From Candidatus Uhrbacteria bacterium (GTDB lineage Bacteria; Patescibacteriota; Patescibacteriia; JACQRZ01), in NCBI GenBank assembly GCA_016206155.1, contig JACQSC010000004.1, positions 7,450 to 71,449 of the forward strand: DNA of 64,000 nucleotides, in the 5' to 3' direction. Within the stretch, counting starts at the first letter, position 1; each line of letters opens with the position of its first letter. Shown one piece after another: positions 9,877 through 18,333 of the stretch. The notes under the pieces were generated by a model. That model was not told the origin of the DNA and made no database searches. It worked only from the letters and a program-made list of their open reading frames with translations. Made by a program: the position numbers and the translations under genes.

Positions 9877-10434
9877 ATGTACCTCTTCATTCATGCAGCA
9901 GAACGAGAGTATGCGTATCTCCTGCTCGTTGGCAAAAGCATGCCCCGCACCACGATGCGGGGTAAGGAATTGTTAGAATTCCTTACTTTTGGTGACCTCG
10001 TTGTTTATACAAAGTACCTTGTGTATCGGGGAAAGAAATCCCCCGATGTGTTGCGCGGCATCGATGATCTACTGAATCAATTTGGTCTCGCAGCAAAAAG
10101 TCTGAAGGGCATCTGCGTGCTTTCCGGTCCGGGGCAATTTTCGTTTTTGCGAACATCGGTGGTAACTGCCAACACTTTTGGGTGGGCGTTGAACATTCCG
10201 GTTGTTGGTATTTGCGACAAGAAAATGGTGTCTGGTTCCAAGAAAATGGTGTCAGGTACAATTTCCGAAGAAATTGAACCAGACACCATTTTCTCAGACA
10301 CCATTTTCTCGCATAACACCATTTTGTTCATCACGCGCGGTCTCAAAAAGCTCTCGCGCACAAAACGTTTTCGTCCGGTTGTCCCGGAGTACGGCAGAGA
10401 GCCCAACATCACGACGCCGAAGAAAAGAATATAA
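9877..10434 (+). CDS. tsaB: tRNA threonylcarbamoyladenosine biosynthesis protein TsaB, short form with in-frame palindromic insertion
   Basis: GICVLSGPGQFSFLRTSVVTANTFGWALNIPVVG; C-terminal P.YGREPNIT typical of CPR TsaB. Confidence 0.75.
   Translation: MYLFIHAAEREYAYLLLVGKSMPRTTMRGKELLEFLTFGDLVVYTKYLVYRGKKSPDVLRGIDDLLNQFGLAAKSLKGICVLSGPGQFSFLRTSVVTANTFGWALNIPVVGICDKKMVSGSKKMVSGTISEEIEPDTIFSDTIFSHNTILFITRGLKKLSRTKRFRPVVPEYGREPNITTPKKRI
10218..10325. repeat. nested palindromic element (AAAATGGTGTC..GACACCATTTT) inside tsaB
   Basis: Two left arms (10218, 10239) and three right arms; central 25-bp stem with 2 mismatches around CGAA loop (10241-10294). Confidence 0.85.
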
Positions 10435-10484
10435 GTATGACAGATGAAAGCCATGTCAAGAAGCGAAGTGTCAGTCCGATCGTC

Positions 10485-10528
10485 TTGACAGCATTTTTAA
10501 TATGTCTATAATTCTTTATAGTAAAGAA
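10485..10528 (+). promoter_or_regulatory. promoter/operator of AbrB-RelE module
   Basis: TTGACA-N16-TATAAT, followed by palindrome TTCTTTA-TAG-TAAAGAA. Confidence 0.65.
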
Positions 10529-10545
10529 ATAAAGAATTTTTATAT

Positions 10546-10821
10546 ATGCAACTCGCGCGTATAAGCTCGCAGAAACAAATAACCATTCCCTCAAAGCTTT
10601 TTCGAAAACTTAAGCTTGATATCGGAGACCATATTGGCATTTCTGAAGAGAATGGCACGCTCGTTTTGCGCCCCTATAAACTCATTCCAAAGGATCAGCT
10701 CTGGTACTGGACAGAGGAGTGGCAAAAGATGGAACGAGAGGCGGACGAGGACATCGCCGCAGGCCGTGTGTCGGGACCCTTTACAACGGTTGAGGAGTTT
10801 ATGAAGGATCTCAAAGCGTAA
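10546..10821 (+). CDS. AbrB/MazE/SpoVT family antitoxin
   Basis: QITIPSKLFRKLKL..GD swapped hairpin; DQLWYWTEEWQKMEREADEDI tail. Confidence 0.88.
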   Translation: MQLARISSQKQITIPSKLFRKLKLDIGDHIGISEENGTLVLRPYKLIPKDQLWYWTEEWQKMEREADEDIAAGRVSGPFTTVEEFMKDLKA

Positions 10822-10828
10822 GGAGTGT

Positions 10829-11086
10829 ATGCAGATTCTTCGTACCCGTTCTTTTGAGCGCGAGTTTGTGAAGTTGCCGAACGATGTTCGGGAGCGATTT
10901 GTGCAAAAGCTCGATTTTTTTCTTTCAGACCCATTTCATCCTTCTCTCCGCTCCAAGAAAATGCAAGGAAGAATAGATATTTGGGAAGTGAGTATAACCA
11001 TGAACTATCGCTTTACATTTGATAGAGATGGTGGCGTGATCCATCTCCGTCGAATTGGGACGCACGATATCCTTAACAACCCCTAA
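10829..11086 (+). CDS. RelE/ParE superfamily toxin
   Basis: F.R...KL, P.HPSLRSKKMQG..IWE.SITMNYRFTF, IGTHD. Confidence 0.88.
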   Translation: MQILRTRSFEREFVKLPNDVRERFVQKLDFFLSDPFHPSLRSKKMQGRIDIWEVSITMNYRFTFDRDGGVIHLRRIGTHDILNNP

Positions 11087-11087
11087 T

Positions 11088-12332
11088 GTGGATCTTTTTG
11101 ATTCCCACTTACAGTCCAAAAACCATGCGCCGCTTGCCGATAGGATGCGGCCTACTACGATCGATGAGATTGTGGGGCAGGATCATATCTTGGGGCAAGG
11201 AAAAGTATTGCGTACGCTGATTGAAAAAGATCAACTTCGCTCGATTATCTTCTGGGGTCAGCCCGGGACCGGAAAAACGACTATTGCATCAGTCATTGCG
11301 CGGTCGACCGGTGCGGATTTTGTCGCACTCTCTGCCGTGAACACCGGTGTAAAAGAGGCGCGCGTGGTTATTGAGAAAGCAAAGGATTCATTAAAATTTC
11401 ACCACAAGCGGACCATTCTTTTTATCGACGAGATTCATCGCTTTAGCAAATCACAGCAAGACGCGTTTTTGCCCGCTGTAGAGGACGGCACAATTATTTT
11501 GATAGGCGCGACAACGGAGAATCCTTCGTTTGAGGTGAACTCTGCCTTGCTTTCGCGTTCGCGGGTCTTTGTGCTTAATGCGCTCAACGACGAAGCGCTT
11601 TCTCATATTCTTGATCGGGGACTGAATATGGTGTCTGAAATGGAGTCAGGCGCAGATCCCATTTCACTTGACGAGACAGCGCGCCGCGCACTTATTGATG
11701 CATCTAATGGCGATGCACGCACACTTCTTAACATGCTTGAATATGCTTTACTCTTGATTGGTGATAAAAAAGTAATTGGCTTGCCTGTGGTGCAAGAGGC
11801 AATTCAACAGAGCATGCTGAGATACGATAAAAATGGAGAAGAACATTACAATGTCATATCCGCGTTTATCAAAAGCATGCGCAACTCGGATGCCAATGCG
11901 GCGCTGTATTGGATGGCGCGTATGATTATGGCGGGGGAGGATCCGCTTTTCATTGCGCGGCGCATGGTCGTGTTCGCATCAGAAGATGTGGGACTTGCCG
12001 ATCCCAAGGCAATCATGGTCGCCACTTCTGTTTTTCAGGCAGTGCACGCAATCGGTATGCCGGAGGCGCGTATTCCGCTTGCGCACTGCGCGGTGTATTT
12101 GTCAAAGGCGCCACGAAATAACTCCGCATACATGGGTATTGAAGCGGCGCTCTCTGACGCGAAGGAGCACGGCAATCTTCCGGTCCCGCTCCATTTGCGC
12201 AACGCCCCGACAAAGCTGATGAAAGACTTGGACTATGGCAAAGGGTATCAGTATGCGCACGACTTCAAGGAAAAAATAGCAGATATGCAGTGCATGCCCG
12301 ACGAGTTGAAGGACAGGCGATACCTTTTTTGA
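11088..12332 (+). CDS. rarA: replication-associated recombination protein A (RarA/MgsA)
   Basis: PLADRMRP, GQPGTGKTT, DEIHRF, GATTENP, SAFIKSMR, VPLHLRNAPT; GTG start at 11088. Confidence 0.95.
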   Translation: MDLFDSHLQSKNHAPLADRMRPTTIDEIVGQDHILGQGKVLRTLIEKDQLRSIIFWGQPGTGKTTIASVIARSTGADFVALSAVNTGVKEARVVIEKAKDSLKFHHKRTILFIDEIHRFSKSQQDAFLPAVEDGTIILIGATTENPSFEVNSALLSRSRVFVLNALNDEALSHILDRGLNMVSEMESGADPISLDETARRALIDASNGDARTLLNMLEYALLLIGDKKVIGLPVVQEAIQQSMLRYDKNGEEHYNVISAFIKSMRNSDANAALYWMARMIMAGEDPLFIARRMVVFASEDVGLADPKAIMVATSVFQAVHAIGMPEARIPLAHCAVYLSKAPRNNSAYMGIEAALSDAKEHGNLPVPLHLRNAPTKLMKDLDYGKGYQYAHDFKEKIADMQCMPDELKDRRYLF

Positions 12333-12357
12333 TGAACTCAAAAAATAGCGAAAGGGT

Positions 12358-12393
12358 AAAATCAACGGCTAAACCGGTTTAGCCGTTGATTTT
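12358..12393. repeat. perfect 36-bp palindrome (possible terminator of rarA), related copy at 50107
   Basis: AAAATCAACGGCTAAACC|GGTTTAGCCGTTGATTTT followed by TT. Confidence 0.75.
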
Positions 12394-12431
12394 TTGTTAT
12401 AACAGCAATGTTTTTATAGCACATTCTCATG

Positions 12432-12539
12432 TTATGCACAGTTGCGTGGTTGAAGGGGGTATGTTTGTGGTGTATAATAGGCATTACATGGTGAAATGTG
12501 GGGAAAAGTGGTGGATAAGTAGGGGACAAATGTGGACAA
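12432..12539 (+). promoter_or_regulatory. mraZ operon promoter with MraZ-type GTGG boxes and DnaA-box-like sites
   Basis: TTGAAG-N17-TATAAT (12450-12478); ATGG/GTGG/GTGG at 12488/12498/12508 (10-nt period); TTATGCACA 12432, GGTGGATAA 12510, TGTGGACAA 12531. Confidence 0.65.
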
Positions 12540-12901
12540 ATAAATGGTTCACAACCCGAAATGCTTATAACTGTAAGCAATAAGTCAAAATGACAAAGCC
12601 CAAATACCAAATCAAATCAAAAGTTCAAATACTAACAAATGGCCCTGTATTTTTGCCATTAGGATTTTTTCATTAGGATTTTTCAAACTATGCTTGTCGT
12701 GTCTTATTTACTAGCAAACAGGAAGTTTTTATACGGGTATCTGCGAAGCGCCATTGCCACCGCGCATCCCCATGCCGCGCGGTGGCGAAGGCCGAAAATC
12801 TAATGGTTTCATTGTTAAATTGCAGAAAAGTTTTATTCCCATAGAGGTTTCTCTAACACGTTTGGACACAGATTAAAGAGATTAAAACAACAATGTGCGG
12901 T

Positions 12902-12935
12902 AGCAATGTAACAATTTGACAATAGAGCAATGCAA
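12902..12935 (+). repeat. octamer array (CAATNNNN)x4 before mraZ start
   Basis: CAAT at 12904, 12912, 12920, 12928; AGCAATGTAACAAT is the exact reverse complement of 13382-13395. Confidence 0.7.
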
Positions 12936-12937
12936 CT

Positions 12938-13369
12938 ATGTTCATAGGCGAATACAATCATTCAATCGATGAAAAAGGCCGACTGGCGGTACCGGCGAAG
13001 TTTCGTGCTGAGCTGGAAGATGGCGCAGTTGTCACGCGAGGGCTTGATAACTGCCTTTTTTTGTATACTCAGCAGGAATGGAACATCCTTGCCCCACGCA
13101 TAGCCCAGCTTCCGATTCATCAGGCGAACAGTCGTGCATTCTCGCGACTGATGTTATCCGGCGCCATGGATGTACAAGTCGATAAGCAGGGAAGAATTAT
13201 TGTACCCGACTATCTTCGCTCATACGCCAAACTCAAGAAAAAGGTGGTTATTGCCGGTCTCTACAATCGTCTTGAAGTGTGGGATGAAGCTATCTGGGCA
13301 GATTACAAGATGCACACAGAAGAGGAGAGTGGGGATATTGCGGAGCAGTTGGGGGAGCTGGGAGTCTAA
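12938..13369 (+). CDS. mraZ: division/cell wall cluster transcriptional repressor MraZ
   Basis: MFIGEYNHSIDEKGRL, DKQGRI, 143 aa. Confidence 0.97.
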   Translation: MFIGEYNHSIDEKGRLAVPAKFRAELEDGAVVTRGLDNCLFLYTQQEWNILAPRIAQLPIHQANSRAFSRLMLSGAMDVQVDKQGRIIVPDYLRSYAKLKKKVVIAGLYNRLEVWDEAIWADYKMHTEEESGDIAEQLGELGV

Positions 13370-13371
13370 AT

Positions 13372-13447
13372 ACATTGTTACATTGTTACATTGCTGGCGT
13401 TTAACAATGTAACATAAGTGAGCGAAGCGAGCGATAACAATGTAACA
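13372..13447. repeat. octamer (ACATTGTT/AACAATGT) inverted array between mraZ and rsmH
   Basis: ACATTGTT x2 + ACATTGCT, then TAACAATGTAACA at 13402 and 13435. Confidence 0.75.
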
Positions 13448-13469
13448 GTTGATTGTTTGAGTAAGTGAA

Positions 13470-14366
13470 ATGATGATACAGCATAAAACGGTTTTACGAG
13501 AGGAGGCGATTCGTTACTTAGGTGTTCTTTCAAATCATCATTACGTTGACTGCACATTGGGCGGCGGCGGCCACACAGAAGCCATACTGGATCGTAACGG
13601 GACAAAAGGACGCGTCATAGCGTTTGAGCTTGATGCTGATACGATTGTACGGACGAAGAGGCGTCTCAAGCGTTTTGGCGCACGATTGATTGTTGTTGAG
13701 GATAATTTTAGAAGTATTGGGAGAGTAACAGAATATGGTATGCCGATCTCCGGAATACTCTACGACCTTGGTACGTCGATGGACCTTTTGAAAAGCAGCG
13801 GTCGCGGATTTTCCTTCCTTGTCGATGAACCGCTTGATATGCGATTCTCTCTTTCAACAGAGAGAACAGCCGCAGATCTTATCAGAACAACACGGGAATC
13901 TGAGCTTGCCGATCTCATTTTTCGATACGGAGAGGAGCGATTGAGCCGCCGCATCGCCCATGCAATAATGCAGACACGTACGCACACTTCTATCACGACC
14001 ACGCGCGAGCTTGTTTCGGTCATTGAGCGGGCGGTGCCGCCATCATATTGTCGAGGTCGTATCCATCCAGCAACACGAACCTTTCAGGCGTTGCGCATCG
14101 CAGTCAATGATGAATTGGAGTGCCTTTCAGAGTCCCTTGAGCAGGCAATGGCGCTTATTGAAAGGGGTGGACGCATCGTCGTCATTTCGTTCCACTCGCT
14201 TGAAGATAGGATTGTGAAACAGTTCTTTCGAATACAAAAATTAAAAAAAACAGGCATCATTTTAACGAAAAAGCCGATTACTCCTTCGCGCGAAGAGATT
14301 GAGAAAAATCCAAACTGCCGCAGTGCAAAACTTCGCGCGCTGGAAATACTAACCCCTAGACCCTAA
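13470..14366 (+). CDS. rsmH: 16S rRNA m4C1402 methyltransferase
   Basis: DCTLGGGGHT, RGFSF..D.PLDMR, ATRTFQALRIAVN, ISFHSLEDR. Confidence 0.97.
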   Translation: MMIQHKTVLREEAIRYLGVLSNHHYVDCTLGGGGHTEAILDRNGTKGRVIAFELDADTIVRTKRRLKRFGARLIVVEDNFRSIGRVTEYGMPISGILYDLGTSMDLLKSSGRGFSFLVDEPLDMRFSLSTERTAADLIRTTRESELADLIFRYGEERLSRRIAHAIMQTRTHTSITTTRELVSVIERAVPPSYCRGRIHPATRTFQALRIAVNDELECLSESLEQAMALIERGGRIVVISFHSLEDRIVKQFFRIQKLKKTGIILTKKPITPSREEIEKNPNCRSAKLRALEILTPRP

Positions 14367-14385
14367 ACCCTAAACCCTAAACCCT
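14354..14385 (+). repeat. telomere-like heptamer array B
   Basis: CCCTAGA (CCCTAAA)x3 CCCT; spans rsmH stop, ends 5 nt before GTG 14391. Confidence 0.85.
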
Positions 14386-14390
14386 TCTTT

Positions 14391-14768
14391 GTGTCGATCA
14401 GTTTCAAAAGAATAAAAAGCAAGTGGACATCAACCGAAGCTATTCGTAGCCAAAAAATTGCTCTCTCTTGCCATAAGCTGTCACGGGCGCACATTGGTGT
14501 TCTCTTGACAATCGCCGTTTTTTCACTAGTCTATCTCGTACAAGTGAATACGCTTGCGACAAAGGGATATGCAATTCGAGAGCTCGAGCGGGATATTGCG
14601 ATTCAAAAGAAGGAATACGAACGGCTTCAGCTTGATATCATAGAAAGACAGAGCATGGGCGCACTGCAGGAGCGTATTGCTCAATTGGGCTTTGTTCCGG
14701 CTGATCGCATTGATTACCTTTCACCGACCGCTGCGGTTGCGACGGCTGTTGCAAAACCATCACGCTGA
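14391..14768 (+). CDS. ftsL: FtsL-like cell division protein
   Basis: Position between rsmH and ftsI; single TM helix then coiled coil (ATKGYAIRELE). Confidence 0.65.
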   Translation: MSISFKRIKSKWTSTEAIRSQKIALSCHKLSRAHIGVLLTIAVFSLVYLVQVNTLATKGYAIRELERDIAIQKKEYERLQLDIIERQSMGALQERIAQLGFVPADRIDYLSPTAAVATAVAKPSR

Positions 14769-14769
14769 G

Positions 14770-14825
14770 GTGAAAATGGTGTCAGGAATAGTTTCTGCAA
14801 AAACTATTCCTGACACCATTTTCAC
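14770..14825. repeat. free-standing palindromic element of the same family as the tsaB insert
   Basis: Perfect 25-bp stem GTGAAAATGGTGTCAGGAATAGTTT / AAACTATTCCTGACACCATTTTCAC, 6-nt loop. Confidence 0.85.
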
Positions 14826-14870
14826 TAGGAGAGAAGTGTAATCCGCATGGGGCGCGACACGTCTCGCGAG

Positions 14871-14906
14871 AACAACCAGCGACTTTTCTGCGCGCTGGTT
14901 GTTTTT
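14871..14906 (+). terminator. putative intrinsic terminator
   Basis: AACAACCAGCG-N11-CGCTGGTTGTT followed by TTT. Confidence 0.5.
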
Positions 14907-14937
14907 GATTTGAGTGGATTTTGATACAATAGATACT

Positions 14938-16857
14938 ATGATGACATTTCGTTCACGTACGAAACGAAGATCTGTGCGCGCTCATCAATTGGGCGGTTTC
15001 CATGCAATCCAGTCGCTTAAAGCTCTTGTTCGCATTGACCGCATCAGCTTCCTGAGGGGGTGCTTGTTTTTCTTCGTGCTCATATTGTTCCTGCGCCTCT
15101 TTAACCTCCAAGTTTTAAGTTACGAGGACTATCGGACGGCAGCGGAGGGCGAACATCAATTATTGAGAAAAATTCATCCCGACAGAGGAAGTATCTTCCT
15201 GCGAGAACGTTCTGCCAACGGGAGCGCAAACCAGTATCTGATGGAAGTTGAGGGGGAAAAGCTTTTTCCCGCGGTAACGAATCGTGAGTATATGCTCGTC
15301 TATGCGGTGCCAAAATCAATCAGTGACCCAGAAAAGGTCGCCGATCAACTTATGCCGCTCTTTGACATTCCAAAAGAGGAGCCAAAGAGCGATGATGACA
15401 ACAACGGTGACAAGGATGGCATTGATCCGCGCGAAGAGCGGCGTGCGTGGCTCGTTCAAAGACTGTCAAAGAAGAACGATTCGTACGAAGTGATCAAGAG
15501 GAAGGTGCCGGCGGCAAGCTGGGATATAATCAAAAAGCTGTACATTGGCGGAATCAACGCAAGCCCGGAAAGCTATCGGTTTTATCCCGAAAAGGGATTG
15601 GGCGGGCATCTTTTTGGGTTCGTGGGGTATAGCGGCGAGAGCGTCAAGGGGCTGTATGGGCTCGAGGGTTATTTTGACGATATTCTGAAAGGTAAGGAAG
15701 GATCTTTGCGATTCGAGTCAGATGCCCTTGGCGCGCTGATTCCCATCGGGGAAAAGCGCGTTGTTGAGGCGGTTCAGGGAAGCAACCTTGTATTAACGAT
15801 TGACCGAACAATTCAGCTCATGGCGTGCGATCGCCTTTCAAAATGGGTTCTCAAACACGGCGCCGATGGAGGGACCGTTGTTATTATGAATCCCAATACC
15901 GGAGCCCTCTATGCCATGTGCAGCGTACCCGACTTTGATCCTGAAAACTATTTTGATGCAGATGTGAAGCAGTATCCGAATCCCTCAATTTTTACTCCCT
16001 ATGAACCTGGTTCAATATTTAAGCCGTTTACCATGGCAATGGGCATTGACAGTGAAAAGGTTGCCCCGGCAACGACCTATGTTGATACCGGCGAGGTAAA
16101 AATTGGATCGTTCACCATCAAAAATTCTGACAGCAAAGCGCACGGCAAACAAACCATGATGGATGTTCTCGATCAATCACTCAATACGGGCGTGATCTTC
16201 GTCGCGCGCAAAGTCGGTATCGACGCGTTTCGTGATTACGTAAAGAATTTTGGTTTTGGGAAGCCGACAGGCATAGAGCTTGACCGGGAAGTATCCGGTA
16301 CGATCGCGGGACTGAACGAGAAGCAGGAGATTTATATGGCAACCGCATCATTCGGTCAGGGTTTGAGCGTAACGCCGCTCCAAATTACCACTGCCTACGC
16401 CGCTCTTGCCAACGGGGGCAATCTTGTGCAACCCTATGTTGTAGATGAGATTATCAAGTCTGACGGCAGCCGCCATCGCACCAATCCAAAAGTAGTCCGA
16501 CGGGTCATATCGGAAAAAACTTCAACACTCATCAGCAGTATGTTGGTGAACGTTGTGCGCAAAGGACACGGGAAGCGCGCTGGTGTTGACGGCTATTACG
16601 TCGCGGGCAAAACCGGCACCGCGCAAGTTGCACGCAGTGACGGCAGGGGGTATGAGCGCGACATCACAATCGGCTCATTTGCGGGTTTTGCGCCCGTTGA
16701 TAACCCTCGGTTTGTCATGCTTGTCAAAGTAGACCATCCACGGGATGTTCAGTGGGCGGAAAGTTCCGCGGCGCCACTTTTTGGCGAATTGGCAAAATTT
16801 TTATTACAGTATTTTGAGGTGCCGCCTGATGAAACAGAATCAAGAAGCAAGAATTAA
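14938..16857 (+). CDS. ftsI: class B penicillin-binding protein (FtsI/PBP2-like)
   Basis: TM anchor, dimerisation domain, EPGSIFK (SxxK), SLN (SxN), GKTGTAQ (KTG). Confidence 0.9.
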   Translation: MMTFRSRTKRRSVRAHQLGGFHAIQSLKALVRIDRISFLRGCLFFFVLILFLRLFNLQVLSYEDYRTAAEGEHQLLRKIHPDRGSIFLRERSANGSANQYLMEVEGEKLFPAVTNREYMLVYAVPKSISDPEKVADQLMPLFDIPKEEPKSDDDNNGDKDGIDPREERRAWLVQRLSKKNDSYEVIKRKVPAASWDIIKKLYIGGINASPESYRFYPEKGLGGHLFGFVGYSGESVKGLYGLEGYFDDILKGKEGSLRFESDALGALIPIGEKRVVEAVQGSNLVLTIDRTIQLMACDRLSKWVLKHGADGGTVVIMNPNTGALYAMCSVPDFDPENYFDADVKQYPNPSIFTPYEPGSIFKPFTMAMGIDSEKVAPATTYVDTGEVKIGSFTIKNSDSKAHGKQTMMDVLDQSLNTGVIFVARKVGIDAFRDYVKNFGFGKPTGIELDREVSGTIAGLNEKQEIYMATASFGQGLSVTPLQITTAYAALANGGNLVQPYVVDEIIKSDGSRHRTNPKVVRRVISEKTSTLISSMLVNVVRKGHGKRAGVDGYYVAGKTGTAQVARSDGRGYERDITIGSFAGFAPVDNPRFVMLVKVDHPRDVQWAESSAAPLFGELAKFLLQYFEVPPDETESRSKN

Positions 16858-16911
16858 GAATTATGCGTGGACGTCACACCCTTGACTCTTAATTCGTAAT
16901 TCGCAATTCTT
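16835..16911. repeat. AAGAATT heptamer array with inverted arm
   Basis: CAGAATC AAGAAGC AAGAATT AAGAATT ... AATTCGT AATTCGC AATTCTT; spans ftsI stop, ends 8 nt before murF ATG. Confidence 0.7.
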
Positions 16912-16919
16912 CAAGGTGT

Positions 16920-18215
16920 ATGAAAAGATTACTTCAAAAAATACTTGCCCATCTTGCGCGCACGATAGTTCAAAAATACCGCCCGGATGTGATTGCCATC
17001 ACCGGCAGCGTTGGCAAGACCACGGCAAAAGAGGCGGTTGTTCGAGTGCTGTCCGAGACATTCAATGTCCGGGGAAGTGAAAAGTCCTACAATAATGAGC
17101 TTGGCGTTCCGCTGACAATAATCGGTGCACACGCTCCTGCGCGCTCGCTCGCGGGCTGGCTGCATATCTTTTTTCGGGCGTGCAGACTCCTTTGTTTCAA
17201 TGATCCGACCTATCCGGCAATTCTTGTACTTGAGATGGGCTCAGATGCGCCAGGCGATATAGAGCGTCTGGTCGCTATCGCCCCGCCAAAAATAGGGGTG
17301 ATTACAGCGATTAGCCCCGCACATTTGGAGAAGCTTGGAACCATGGATAATCTCATTGCAGAAAAGAAGAGTATTTTTTGCAAACATATAAGCGCAGATC
17401 AGTGGATGATACTCAACGCCGACGATTCCGCACTCTATCCAGTGTCACAACAAACACCGGCATGTCTCATGACCTTCGGAGAGCATCCAGAGTCGGTGTT
17501 GCGCATATCCGACGTTACAGAACGATATGTATTCCATCCTGACCAGAGCGAATATGTGACCGGGATTGCGTGCACGCTTACCTACGAAGGCCGATCGGTC
17601 CGTGCAGAATTTCCCCACCTGATCGGTCGCCATGTATTACCATCTATCATTGCCGGTGTGACAGTTGGCTGTATCTATCACATACCCCTCACAGAGATTG
17701 TGCGACGACTTCATGGTATTGAACCGGCACGGGGACGTCTGCGTCCGCTTCTGGGCATTAAGCATACGTTGATTATCGATGACACCTATAACTCATCGCC
17801 CAAAGCAGCGCGCGGGGCAATAGATACCTTGATGTCGTTTGAGATTGATGGTGGTGCGCGCCGCATTGCGCTGCTCGGCGACATGCGGGAACTTGGAAGC
17901 CATACGGAGAAAGAGCACCGTGCACTGGGTACGTATGCAGCGCAGCAGGGCATAGACTATCTTTTTGCCATTGGAAATGCGGCTCATTTTCTTGCCGAGG
18001 GTGCGCTTGAGTCTATTGACCAGAGCCGCGTTTTCGTGTTTAATGATTCGGTATCTGCGGGACGAGCGCTTCAAGAGTTGATGAGAAAAGGCGATGTTAT
18101 CTTGATAAAAGGATCTCAGAATATGATTCGCCTTGAGCGGGTTGTCAAAGAAGTGATGGCAGAGCCGCATCGCGCGAATGAGTTGTTGGTGCGCCAAGAC
18201 CGAGAATGGATGTAA
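16920..18215 (+). CDS. murF: UDP-MurNAc-tripeptide--D-Ala-D-Ala ligase
   Basis: ITGSVGKTTAK, NNELGVPLT, DDTYNSSP, GDMRELG, LIKGS. Confidence 0.93.
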   Translation: MKRLLQKILAHLARTIVQKYRPDVIAITGSVGKTTAKEAVVRVLSETFNVRGSEKSYNNELGVPLTIIGAHAPARSLAGWLHIFFRACRLLCFNDPTYPAILVLEMGSDAPGDIERLVAIAPPKIGVITAISPAHLEKLGTMDNLIAEKKSIFCKHISADQWMILNADDSALYPVSQQTPACLMTFGEHPESVLRISDVTERYVFHPDQSEYVTGIACTLTYEGRSVRAEFPHLIGRHVLPSIIAGVTVGCIYHIPLTEIVRRLHGIEPARGRLRPLLGIKHTLIIDDTYNSSPKAARGAIDTLMSFEIDGGARRIALLGDMRELGSHTEKEHRALGTYAAQQGIDYLFAIGNAAHFLAEGALESIDQSRVFVFNDSVSAGRALQELMRKGDVILIKGSQNMIRLERVVKEVMAEPHRANELLVRQDREWM

Positions 18216-18220
18216 GTAGC

Positions 18221-18324
18221 GGCCCTATCCTGGCCTTTGGCCAGGCAAGCTGTCTAGTGGTTAGCAAGCGAAGTCTGGCAGAGCTTGGCGAGCGCAGTCA
18301 GGCCTTCAGGCCGGAGACGACAGG
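18221..18324 (+). pseudogene. tRNA-Glu 5' half (nt 1-31) split into three blocks by two hairpin-containing insertions
   Basis: GGCCCTATC(18221-29) + GTCTAGTGGTTAG(18252-64) + GACGACAGG(18316-24) equals 18574-18604 exactly. Confidence 0.85.
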
Positions 18325-18333
18325 AGACACCCT

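Noticed and set aside
12400-12700. Replication origin
   Set aside because: Only about three DnaA-like boxes, no dnaA/dnaN nearby, and an mraZ promoter explains them. GC skew could not be computed.
12690-12704. 15-mer ATGCTTGTCGTGTCT shared with 27736-27750
   Set aside because: A few 15-mer matches are expected by chance in 64 kb, and the flanks do not align.
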